Made by a program: the position numbers and the translations under genes
The notes under the pieces: model-generated
Databases searched by the model: none
What the model saw: only the letters and a program-made list of their open reading frames with translations
Told to the model about the DNA's origin: nothing
Assembly (NCBI RefSeq): GCF_006345805.1
Contig: NC_043016.1
Span: forward strand, 15,376,001 to 15,440,000
Length of the DNA: 64,000 nucleotides
Source: Octopus sinensis
Taxonomy: Eukaryota
Direction of reading: 5' to 3'
Part shown: piece by piece, positions 53,679-64,000 of the stretch
How positions within the stretch are numbered: position 1 is the first letter of the stretch
Layout: the number at the start of each line of letters is the position of its first letter

Positions 53679-54624
53679 ATATATATATATGTCATGTATG
53701 TATATATATATCATGTATGTATAAATGTATATCATGTATATATATATATGTATATCATGTATGTATATATATATATATATATAGCATGTATGTGTGTGCA
53801 TATATATATATATGTCATGTATGTATATATATATATATATATCATGTATGTATATTAATCAGCCGAAATTGCGAGGATGATCCAGTCTTGACTGAAGATT
53901 AGAGGCTTCGAATGACCCGTCCGTTTTATTGTGTCATCTATTTGAATGTTTTGTGTTCTTGTCCCCATTTAGTATTTTTACATATATTTTATATACATAT
54001 TATATATATATATATATATATATATACGTATGTATGATATCATGTATGTATATATATACACACACACATCTATCATTCATACAGTTTTATATCCATGTTA
54101 TTCTATGGTTCAGATGAAATATGGCAAGAGGTTTTATGCTCTTCCTATTATCAAACCTTAACTATTAGAAATTGAAACCACAGAACCTTACATTAATTAT
54201 ACAAGGTTGTGAACAAAAACACCTGGGGGGTTTTCCACCCACCCCACCTCCACACAGATAATGTAAATGACAACACACAGACTGTCACTGGCACAATGCA
54301 CTACTATCTAGTTCAAATGATAGACTAATATCTATGCCACTGCCTTTGTCCTGTAGTCACTCAACAATATTTATCTGTATCTACACACTAACAAAGCATG
54401 GTTCCAGTGAGAACAAAAATCTGTTTTATGAGCAATTAATGTTCAGAAAATTCCTGTTGGAGATAAGGCAATAATTATTTCTGATTTCAAAGTACAAGCT
54501 GGTGAATATTTTGAAATAGGGAACAGTTTAGGATATCATCAGGTAAAACAATCAGAGGCAATTTTCAAATCTCGTTATTTGGAGCAATTTCTTTGAACAT
54601 ATAAAAATTACAAAAGAATTTCAA

Positions 54625-54950
54625 TACATCAGATGTTCTGGTAACACATTCAGGCAGCACCTCTCCAACCACAGATCTTCTTTCAGGATCTCGGAAAGGA
54701 GATATGCTACAACCTTAGCCAGCCATGTATGGTGGCTGAAAGATGACGGAACCCCACATTTAATATCATGGAAGATCCTATAAACTCCAGGCCCTTACAT
54801 AAGTGGGACCAAGCATTGTAAACTATGCATAGCTGAACAGATGAGGATTTTAAAGTATTTCCCCAACCCTGGGAACATCTTTAGCTTCAAGACAGAGGTC
54901 TTCGGACCTTGCTTGCATTTCACAAAATCCCTGCTGGCATCCTGGGATCC
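54625..54950 (+). mobile_element. Penelope-like GIY-YIG fragment
   Basis: YIRCSGNTFRQHLSNHRSSFR...TTLASHVWWLKD...ISWKIL*TPGPYISGTKHCKLCIAEQMRIL. Confidence 0.8.
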
Positions 54951-55249
54951 ACACACCAACATGGTCAGTTAATTAGTGGTCAAAGGAACACAATCCCATA
55001 TTGTTGACATAAAGTAACGAAGTCTTTTCCTCCTCCATTTTCTAGAGAGGCCACTTGCTAGAGAGGCCATAGGCCAACAGGTTTTAGAGTCTGAAGAGAT
55101 GGTGTAAAGCTAAGTGCTTTATGGATGTGAAACCCAGGGTAACCCCATAGACTGGCCATATCTACCTTTATCTGTATACTCTACTGCTGTTTAACTTAGA
55201 GTGTGTTTCTCTTTTGGGCTTATGATTTACAGAAGATATATACATACAT

Positions 55250-55540
55250 ACATCATCATCATCATCATCGTCGTTTAACGTCCGTTCTCCATGCTAGCAT
55301 GGGTTGGACGGTTCGACCGGGGTTCTGAGAAGCCAGAAGGCTGCACCAGGCTCCAGTCTAATTTGGCAATGTTTCTACAGCTGGATGCCCTTCCTAACGC
55401 CAACCACTCCGTGAGTGTAGTGGGTGCTTTTTACGTGCCACCTGCACAGGTGCCAGGCGGGGCTGGCAACGGCCACGGTCAGATTGGTGTATTTTATGTG
55501 CCACCGGCACGGAAGCCAATCGAGGCGGTGCTGGCATCGG
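55250..55540 (-). mobile_element. Short RTE 3'-tail element with 2 UTR units
   Basis: (CAT)n tail with ggatgcccttcctaacgcc; nearly identical to 41185-41470. Confidence 0.8.
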
Positions 55541-55623
55541 ATCAAAAATTTAGATTCAGATGAATATGGTACTGAAGTTGAGGCACAAGAATTTAGTATG
55601 GTATTATCCATACAATTTCAAAA

Positions 55624-56064
55624 TAAGGTGATTAGAATCAAAATAAGCAACAAGGATATCCAGAGGTAATGCAGTACAATCGTTTCATGCAACTCCATTT
55701 AATTGAACAATGCAATCATTACATCAATTTAAAATGCAGACCAATCCTCAGCTGCACAAAGACATAGATTTTAATTAAATTAAAACATATGGACACATTA
55801 GTATTATTTTGCTTCTAAGTTGAAGGAAGAGCAACAATGTTCTTTGTCTATCTCCTTATCCTCTAGGAGGTTTTAGGTATAATAATACTAATGTGTCCAT
55901 CTGTTTAAATTTAATTAAATTCTATGTCTTTGTGCAGCTGAGGATTGCTCTGCATTTTAAATTGATGCAATGATTGCATTGTTAATTAACAGGAGTTGCA
56001 TGAAACAATCGTACTGCAATACCTCTGGATATCCTTGTTGCTTATTTTGATTCTAATCCCCTTA
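55624..56064. mobile_element. Foldback MITE with about 180-bp arms
   Basis: 55624-55808 is the reverse complement of about 55887-56064 (taagg.gattagaatcaaaataagcaacaaggatatccagagg... / ...cctctggatatccttgttgcttattttgattctaatcccctta). Confidence 0.8.
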
Positions 56065-56386
56065 AATACATATATACATATATATATATATATATGTATA
56101 TATATATTTATACACACACATAAACACACAACACATACAGGTTTGGTGATGCAAACAGAAAAAATAGAACTCAGAACAAGAGTGTGTGTATATATATATA
56201 TATATCATCATCATCATCATCATCATCATCATTTAACGTCCGCTTTCCATGCTAGCATGGGTTGGACGGTTCAACTGGGGTCTGGGGAGCCCGAAGGCTG
56301 CACCAGGCCAGTCAGATCTGGCAATGTTTCTACAGCTGGATGCCCTACCTAACGCCAACCACTCCGAGAGTGTAGTGGGTGATTTT

Positions 56387-57090
56387 ATGTGCCACCGACA
56401 CAGGTGTCAGACGAGGCTGGCGAACGGCCACGCTCAGATGGTGTTTTTATGTGCCACCGACACAGGTGCCAGACGAGGCTGGCGAACGGCCACGCTCGGA
56501 TGGTGTTTTTATGTGCCACCGACACAGGTGCCAGACGAGGCTGGCGAATGGCCACGCTCGGATGGTGTTTTTATGTGCCACCGACACAGGAGCCTGACGA
56601 GGCTGTCGAACGGCCACGCTCGGATGGTGTTTTTATGTGCCACCGACACAGGTGCCAGACGAGGCTGGTGAACGGCCGCGCTCGGATGGTATTTTTATGT
56701 GCCACTGACACAGGTGCCAGACGAGGCTGGCAAACGGCCACGCTCGGATGGTGTTTTTATGTGCCACCGACACAGGTGCCAGACGAGGCTGGCAAACGGC
56801 CACGCTCGGATGGTGTTTTTATGTGCCACCGACACAGGTGCCAGACGAGGCTGGCGAACGGCCACGCTCGGATGGGTTTTTATGTGCCACCGACACAGGT
56901 GCCAGACAAGGCTAGCAGACGACCACGCTCGGATGGTGTTTTTATGTGCCACCGACACAGGAGCCAGATGAGGCTGGCGATCGGCCACGATCGGATGGTG
57001 ATTGTTACGTGCCCACAGCATGGAGGTCAGTCGGTGCGGCACTGGCTACGGCCACGTTCGGATGGTTTTCTCGTGTGCCACCGGCACTGG
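56387..57090. repeat. 62-bp tandem array (10 clean and about 2 diverged units) inside the LINE 3' UTR
   Basis: Unit atgtgccaccgacacaggtgccagacgaggctggcgaacggccacgctcggatggtgttttt starts at 56387, 56449, 56511, 56573, 56635, 56697, 56759, 56821, 56882 and 56944. Confidence 0.95.
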
Positions 57091-57262
57091 TACCACAAAG
57101 ATACAAATTCCATTGATGTTCATCTATTTTGATTTTGTTTGATTTTTTGATTTGATTTTGATTTTTACTTGCCTTAACAGGTCTTCACAAGTGTCACAAG
57201 AAGGAAGGTATGCACAGGTGGACTGACTACGTCCCAGGTAGGGGCCACGGGTTATGGCCTGA

Positions 57263-58594
57263 CTAGTCTTGCCGGGTCTTCTCACGCACAGCATACTTCC
57301 ATAGGTCTCGGTCTCTAGTCATTTCCTTGGTGAGACCTAAAGTTCGAAGGTCGTGCTTCACCACTTCGTCCCAGGTTTTCCTGGGTCTACCTCTTCCACA
57401 GGTTCCCTCAACTGCTAGGGTGTAGCACTTTTGCACACAACTATCTTCAGCCATTCTCATCATATGACCATACCAGCGCAGCCGTCTCTCTTGCACACCA
57501 CAACTGACGCTTCTTAGGTTCAACTTTTCTCTCAAGGTACTTACACTCTGACGATTATGAACACTGACATTACACATCCATCGGAGCATACTGGCTTCAT
57601 TTCTTGTGAGCTTACGCATATCCTCAGCAGTCACGGCCCATGTTTCACTACCATGTAGCATGGCTGTACGTACACATGCATCATACAGTCTGCCTTTTAT
57701 TCTGAGCGAGAGGCCTTTTGTCACCAGCAGAGGTAAGAGCTCTCTAAACTTTGCCCAGGCTATTCTTACTCTAGCAGTTACACTTTCAGCACACCCACCC
57801 CCGCTACTGACTTGGTCTCCTAGGTAGCGGAAGCTATCAACTACTTCTAGTTTGTCTCCCTGGAACGTGGTAGAAGTTGGTCTCTGCACGTTCCCAGAGT
57901 TTATTTCTCCTGAGCATCTGCCACATACGAAAACCATCTTCCCAGTTAGCCTACCTTTGACATTGCTGCACCTCTTATGTGTCCATAGCTTACACTTGGT
58001 GCACCTTATAGAGCTTCTACCTACACCTTTTTTACAGATCGAGCAGGGCCATCTACCTGAAGTCGTTTGTGGTTGGTCCACCTTCCTACTTATTAGGACT
58101 TTGGTTTTGGCTAGGTTGATTCTAAGGCCCTTCGATTCTAATCCTTGTTTCCACACCTGAAACTTCTCCTCCAGTTCTGATAGTGACTCAGCAATTAGAG
58201 CAAGGTCATCAGCATAGAGGAGCTCCCAGAGGCATCCTGTCTTGAATTCTTCCGTTATTGCCTGGAGGACTATGATAAATAGGAGGGGGCTGAGGACTGA
58301 ACCTTGGTGGACCCCAACCTCTACCCAGAATTCTTCACTGTACTCGTTGCCTACCCTCACCTTACTAGCAGCGTCTCTGTACATGGCTCGCACAGCTCTC
58401 ACTAACCATTCATCTATCCCTAGTTTCCTCATTGACCACCAGATAAGGGATCGGGGGACCCTGTCAAAGGCTTTCTCCAAGTCAACAAAAGCCAGGTACA
58501 AGGGCTTACCTTTGGCTAGGTATTTCTCCTGCAGCTGTCTTACCAGGAATATAGCATCAGTAGTACTTTTCCCTGGCATGAACCCAAACTGCAT
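57263..58594 (-). pseudogene. Open 443-aa RT/PHD/thumb segment of the RTE LINE ORF
   Basis: QFGF, AFVDLEKAFD, GVHQGSVLSP, YADD (58205-58216), C4HC3 finger (57914-58045), FRYLG. Disconnected from the upstream ORF by a frameshift. Confidence 0.9.
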
Positions 58595-59889
58595 ATCATC
58601 TAAGCTAACTCTCTCTCTCTAATTAATTGGGCTGTAACCCTCTCCGTAACCTTCATTACCTGATCCAACAGCTTGATGCCCCTGTAGTTATTTGTATCTA
58701 GGGCGTCACCTTTACCTTTGTAGCAGTTGACTATTATGCTGCTACACCAGTCATTGGGTATGACTCCTTCGTGTATCACCTGGTTAACTATACGGGTGAC
58801 TATGCTATAGCCGACACTACCAGATATTTTGAGCATCTCTGCAGTAATTCCTGATGGGCCTGGGGCTTTCCCTGTCTTCATGCTTCTAATTGCCTTAGCT
58901 ACCACGGAACTATCAACTCGGATAGCTGGTCCCTCTGTGGGTCAACATTCGGCAGACTCTCTATCCCATTCATTTTCCTCATTCAGCAACCTTTCATAGT
59001 GGCGTCTCCAAGCCTCTCTCTTTGCATCCTCATTTAGCGCAAGTGAACCGTCATCCTTGCGAACACATTTCTCTCCTACCACATCACGATTCTCTCTCAC
59101 ACACTGTCTTGCAACACGAAATACCTCAAGTCTTTCATCCTCACGGCGCAGGACATTGGCAATTTTTTCTTATCTGCTTCCCCTCTGGCTAGATAGACCT
59201 GTCTCCTAGCTTCCCTTCTGGCAGTCTGATACACTTCCCTGCTACCCCTGTTCTTCCAAGCCTTCCAAGCCTGTTTCTTTTGTCTAATAGCCCAGTCAAC
59301 AATATTGTTCCACCACCACGTTATTTTGGGTCTTAAAGGACTTTGCACCAGCCACAGATCTGGTCAGTGGCTTTCAGCAGGTTGTCCCTCAGAAGCGTCC
59401 AGTTGTCTTTACCCCATGCATAGCTATACCCCCTTCCATTTCGTCAAAGGCTTCAAGTAACATGTCTCTAAATCTCTGTCCATTCGCAGGGTCTTTAAGC
59501 TTCCAGACCCTTCTTCTCCATGTTGGTCGTCTTCTAGTCGCCCTCTTATTCCTGATCCTAAAGTCACTAACTACCAGTCTATGTTGTGGGGTACATTCTT
59601 CGCCTGGGAAGGTTTTGGCATTTATAAGCAGCCATCTTTCCCTTTTCCTGGCAAGGATGTAGTCGATTTGGCTAGTATGCCGGCCTGATCGGTAGGTGAC
59701 CAGGTGGCTTGTTGGTTTCCTGAAGTTAGTGTTGCAGACCATAAGACTATTCGCATCGCAGAACTCCAGCAGCCTGGTTCCCTCCTCGTTGCGGGAACCA
59801 TAACCGTAGCCTCCATGTACGTCATGGAAGCCCCCAGCATGTCGTCCAACATGCCCATTGAAATCACCAGCACATATTTAGCATAAGCA

Positions 59890-59986
59890 AGAGAGTGGCT
59901 CAAGGGCTGAGAGTTTCAAGTGTTTGCACTTATTAATGTTTGATAAGTGCTAATGCACAAAACTCTGAGCCCTTGAGTCACTCTCT
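59890..59986. repeat. 97-nt hairpin
   Basis: Outer arms 59890-59916 and 59960-59986 match at 25 of 27 positions. Inner gcacttatta / tgataagtgc around a short loop. Confidence 0.8.
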
Positions 59987-60611
59987 CAAATTAAAAATGT
60001 ATGTATGTATATTAAAAATATACACACTTCAGCAGAAAGGAATAAAAAATAAATGAACAGAAAGAAAATGAAAAGAACTTGTAGATTTCAGCGGTCCAAC
60101 ATGGCAAATATACATATACGTGTATAGAGGGTGCAACGTGTAAGTTGTTGCCATTTTACACTTCAATTTTTGCACAAGTGCATTGTTCGCTTTTACCTTC
60201 ATTGTATATATTATTGAAATTACTTCACCATACAATTATCCTTTTATGTAGCCACTTGAATGAGCATAGAGTCTTAACAATACAGGTTTTACCTTATTGA
60301 AATGGGAAATTTCACATGATGACAAACTAGTTTAGAATCTTTTATTTGATTCTTGGTGACAACTGAATATCAATGACTGCTAATTAAATTAGAATATTTG
60401 GAGAAAGCTTTTATATATTTATTAACGCAGGAGCTTGAATGTTTTAAATGAAATATATATTTTAAAAAGGAAATATGGAAACTTTATCAAAGATATATTT
60501 TCAGTAATGTATGTTTGAAAATAATCTTGTCTCCACTTACATACACAAATATTGCCATGACAGATCGGTAGCCACTACACACATTTTCTCTCCTTGTTTC
60601 TTTCTGTGTCC

Positions 60612-60647
60612 CTTTCTGTAGAAGAGCGTAGGCTCGAAACGTAAAAG
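60612..60647 (+). ncRNA. Degenerate minimal hammerhead-like motif
   Basis: cttt-CTGTAGA-A-GAGC gtag GCTC-GAAA-CGT-A-aaag. Core A6 replaced by T. Third copy at 48297-48331 (G12 replaced by A). Confidence 0.35.
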
Positions 60648-60721
60648 ACTTTTTCAATTCCTGAGCATTATACTAATACATCTGTTTGTTGTCTACACCA
60701 CCTGTCTTCGTGAACTCTCCC

Positions 60722-60757
<36 letters not shown>

Positions 60758-60759
60758 CA

Positions 60760-61620
60760 TACATGCGATGAGTAAATTGTTGCCATTTTAAAATCTTAAA
60801 TTCACACATGTGCATTGTTTGTTTTTGATTTTGCTGACTACACAATATAGTAGGGTCAGTTGGGCACCATTTGTGAGAAAAACTGCACCATGATGCAATT
60901 CACTATGCCAGAAATTTGGAAATGACATACTGTACTGCTTCACATTCATGCCAGAAACTCCAGTACAAACATTTCAGAATGTTTGGGTGTCAATCTGAGG
61001 ACAATGAAGAGAATTCAGAAAGACTTGGATGCATCTAATGGTAATTATGAATGTACAGCAGCCTGGAAAACTTATTCTGATCGTTTTGATAAAAAGAAAA
61101 GAACTCCTGAACTTGTTGGTGAGATCCAGGCCACGATTGACAACGACCCCTCTAAGTCAATCAGGTCCATCACCAGGGACATGGGAGTGTCTGAGTTTCT
61201 TATCAGGCAGGTACTGCATAAAGACATTCGGTATTTCTCATACAAGATAAGATAGGGCCAATTTTTATCCCATGCCATCAAAGACAAGAGGAAAGACTGT
61301 GCTACGAAACTTTTCAACAAACTCAAGCATCCCCTCCAACCGAACATGCTTTGGTCATTCTCAGACAAGAAAAATTTCTGCCAGGATCAGATGGTGAACA
61401 TAGACAACAACCGTTGGTTTGCCCTGTCCCCAAAACATATACTGAGAGTGGTAAAAATCAAACATCCAGTCAACAACATGGTGTTTGGAGGAGGTAGTGC
61501 TGTCCTGGGTGTCTGCTGGCAACAGGACTCTGCACCATGCCACACAAGCAGGAGAACCCAGTCATGGCTGTCAGACAATTTCTGCAACCGCATCATCCCT
61601 AGCATCTGGCCTCCTAACTT
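60760..61620 (+). mobile_element. Tc1/mariner (maT/DD37D-like) transposase pseudogene
   Basis: RTPELVGEIQATIDNDPSKSIRSITRDMGVSEFLIRQVLHKDIRYFSYK...FSDKKNFCQDQMVN...NNRW...KHP...MVFG...WQQDSAPCHTS...IWPPN. Confidence 0.88.
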
Positions 61621-61711
61621 CTTTTCTCTTTATGCAAACTTAAATTTAGTCTGGACACCTTCTGTGTATGTATGCATGTGTGTGTGTGTGTGTGTGTGTT
61701 CTTCTATTGTT

Positions 61712-62027
61712 TTATTTGTTTCAGTCATTTGACTGTGGCCATGCTAGTGCACTGCCTTAATGAGTTTTAGTCAAAGAAATCAACCTCAGGACTAATTTTT
61801 TTAAGCCTAGTACTTATTCTATGAGTCTCTTTTGCCAAACTGCTAAGTTACATGGACATAAAACTATGATGGGGTGACAAACACAGGCACAAACACACAC
61901 ACATACATATATATATATATGATGGGCTTCTTTCAGGTGCCATGCAGTGGGACTGAACCTGGAACCATGTGGTTGGGAAGCAAGCTTCTTACCACACATT
62001 CACACCTATGCCTATATATATATATAT

Positions 62028-62069
<42 letters not shown>

Positions 62070-62440
62070 GTTTCAGTCATTTGACTGCGGCCATGCTGGA
62101 GCACCGCCTTTAGTCGAGCAAATCGACCCCGAGACTTATTTTTTATAAGCCCAGTACTTATTATATCGGTCTCTTTTGCCGAACCGCTAAGTGACGGGGA
62201 CGTAAACACACACCAGCATCGGTTGTCAAGCAATGCTAGGGGACAAACACACACACACTTACATTTATATATATATATATATACGACAGGCTTCTTTCAG
62301 TTTCCGTCTACCAAATCCACTCACAAGGCATTGGTCGGCCCGGGGCTATAGCAGAAGACACTTGCCCAAGATGCCACGCAGTGGGATTGAACCCAGAACC
62401 ATGTGGTTGGTTAGCAAGCTACTTACCACACAGCCACATA
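61712..62440 (-). mobile_element. Two head-to-tail tRNA-derived SINEs (61712-62012 and 62065-62440) separated by a poly(T) run
   Basis: Both are reverse complements of the 796-1200 family. The T run at about 62029-62064 is the A-tail of the right-hand copy. Confidence 0.85.
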
Positions 62441-62703
62441 TATAATCCCAAACAAGTTGTCAGTGAAAACCATGCTTTGGGTGGGGGGGGGGGTTGTGAC
62501 AAAGAGGGGGAAACACCTATTCCAACAAATATTTATATTTTGAAATGCATCCAACCAATAGAATGAGTGAAAAAGTTCTAGATTCTATGAACTTAGGCCT
62601 ACATAAATCTATTCCTATTATTACCACTTAAAAAATGAAAGAAAGGATTTAAATCAAAATATATTTATGAAAACGAAAATAAGAAAAAGAGAGAAAATAT
62701 TAC

Positions 62704-62964
62704 CTGTTGATGAAATTCATCATAATTTATCAAAGGTCCCGAGAAGCATAAAGGCAAATAAATGGTATAACAAAGCAGATCACAGAAATCAAAACCATTC
62801 CTACGATTTTCACCATCTTCATGGACATGTTTCTTTTTCCATTTTACAGAATCACAATATTCCAGGCAAAAACTTGTGTAACGAATGTTACATAAGGACA
62901 TGATAATCATCAGAAAATAGTAATGAAGATCCAGCTCTGGTGTCCAAGGAAACAAAGTGGTTTG
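62704..62964 (-). CDS. HHAT: Hedgehog acyltransferase (HHAT/Rasp, MBOAT family), internal exon
   Basis: catctttcAG acceptor and CAG|GTAATA donor. 261 nt, phase 0/0: QTTLFPWTPELDLHYYFLMIIMSLCNIRYTSFCLEYCD...DLLCYTIYLPLCFSGPLINYDEFHQQ, containing the MBOAT Y..Y.P...GP....F..Q motif. Confidence 0.88.
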
Positions 62965-63249
62965 CTGAAAGATGTTTGAAATGTACATGAGATGAGTGTA
63001 AAATTTTAATTTTGAATTAAGATATATAAATAACACATTATCGTTATTATTATTATTATTATTTTATTATTATTATCATTATTATTATGATTATTATTAT
63101 TATTATTATGATTATTATTATTATTATTATTATTATTATAAAAATTATGTCTAGCAAACATTCATGCAAATGGAGAATGCTGTCCCCCATCGATGTGTTC
63201 CCCCTTTCCACCCCTTCCTCACCCTTAATGTGAGCACATTGAAAAATAA

Positions 63250-64000
63250 CTCTGGTGAGATGATTGAGATGCTAGAATTCTTTCCACCACATAGGAAAAG
63301 AACATAGGTATAAAATTTTCTGGATAGGTAATAGTGATGGGGTTGGTGCTGTGGGTGTAGTTTTTTCTGAGAAATGGGTTGACAAAGCAACTGAGGTAGT
63401 CAGACATTATACTTAAGCTTAGACTACTTTTACAAAGTGGAACAGCAACTATTATTTCTGCCTATGCTCCACAACTGGGCCTGCAAAACAGAAAGATCGA
63501 TTTTATGACACCCTTTTGCAGACTACCTCATTGACATATGACAGTGACCTTCCATTTGTGGTTGGTGGCATCATGGGCATGTTGGGCAGCATTCTGGTGG
63601 CTTCCATGGGATTCACAGGAGCTATGGCGTAAGTTCCCACAATGAAGAGAGAACTAGGCTACTGGAGTTCTGTGATGCAAATTACCTCATTATCAGGAAA
63701 CTAATGCTAACTTCAGGAAACCAGCCAGTCACCTATCAATCTGGTGGCCACACAAGCTAGATTGATTACATTCTCACCAGAAAATGGAAAGATGGTTACT
63801 TATAAATGCAAAGATCTTCCCAGGAGAAGAGTGCACTCCTCAACAAAAGTTAGTCATTAGTGACTTCAGACTCTGGAGTAGAAGGTTGCCAAAAAGACAA
63901 TAGTCTGGAAAAGAAAGATCTGGAAGCTTAAGAATCTGAATAGTCAGAGATTAAGAGATGTTCAACTTGAAGCATTTGACAAGAAGGAGGATGAACAAAG
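63250..64000 (+). mobile_element. RTE LINE endonuclease fragment, degenerate, running off the window end
   Basis: GVGVVFSEKWVDK...ISAYAPQLG...NFRKPAS...LDYILT...PGEECTPQ, with frameshifts. Confidence 0.85.

Larger units (their letters stand above)
56205..59875 (-). mobile_element. Youngest RTE-clade LINE in the window: 5'-truncated in the endonuclease, complete 3' UTR and (GAT)n tail
   Basis: GDFNGH...NTNFRKP...QIDYIL (APE), then RT, PHD finger, stop at 57263, UTR with a 62-bp array, and a (CAT)n tail on the plus strand at about 56205-56230. Frameshifts present, including at an expanded (AG)n at about 58609-58620. Confidence 0.95.

Noticed and set aside
56387-57090. Regular 62-bp array as a CRISPR array or a repeat-protein gene (ORFs 56249-56671, 56389-57132)
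   Set aside because: Units are contiguous and near-identical with no unique spacers, there are no cas genes, and the context is eukaryotic. The 62-nt period shifts frame every unit, and the array lies in a LINE 3' UTR.
57263-59875. The RTE copy as an intact, active LINE
   Set aside because: It is 5'-truncated within the endonuclease and frameshifted upstream of the 443-aa segment.

Overview
AT-rich, microsatellite- and transposon-dense eukaryotic DNA, most likely a coleoid cephalopod such as Octopus (inferred from the SINE/RTE repeat landscape; not verified by a search). Nearly all ORFs in the supplied track are microsatellite or transposon artefacts. Two real genes are recoverable by splice-aware reading. 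(1) On the + strand, the last three coding exons of a selenoprotein W-type gene (3782-3859, 5855-5922, 8790-8796; SYEATRSQTGWLEVSLEDGTILHSKK|NGDGYINEAKYDKIASGITKALA|K*), followed by a candidate type II SECIS (about 8813-8890) and AATAAA (8942-8947). The CxxU exons are not in the window. (2) On the - strand, two internal exons of a Hedgehog acyltransferase (HHAT/Rasp, MBOAT) gene (62964-62704, 38873-38551) joined by a 24-kb intron. I could not find HHAT's downstream exons (FDxGL and the catalytic WHG) in the window, so SelW may be nested antisense in an HHAT intron; a 100-N gap is a caveat. The rest consists of RTE-clade LINEs (with a PHD finger in the RT region and a 62-bp tandem array in the 3' UTR), short RTE tails, tRNA-derived SINEs, Penelope-like fragments with minimal hammerhead-like motifs, R4-type RLE LINE fragments, Tc1/maT transposase remnants, a Gypsy integrase remnant, MITEs and several long intronic inverted repeats. 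Repeat boundaries are approximate (read by eye).
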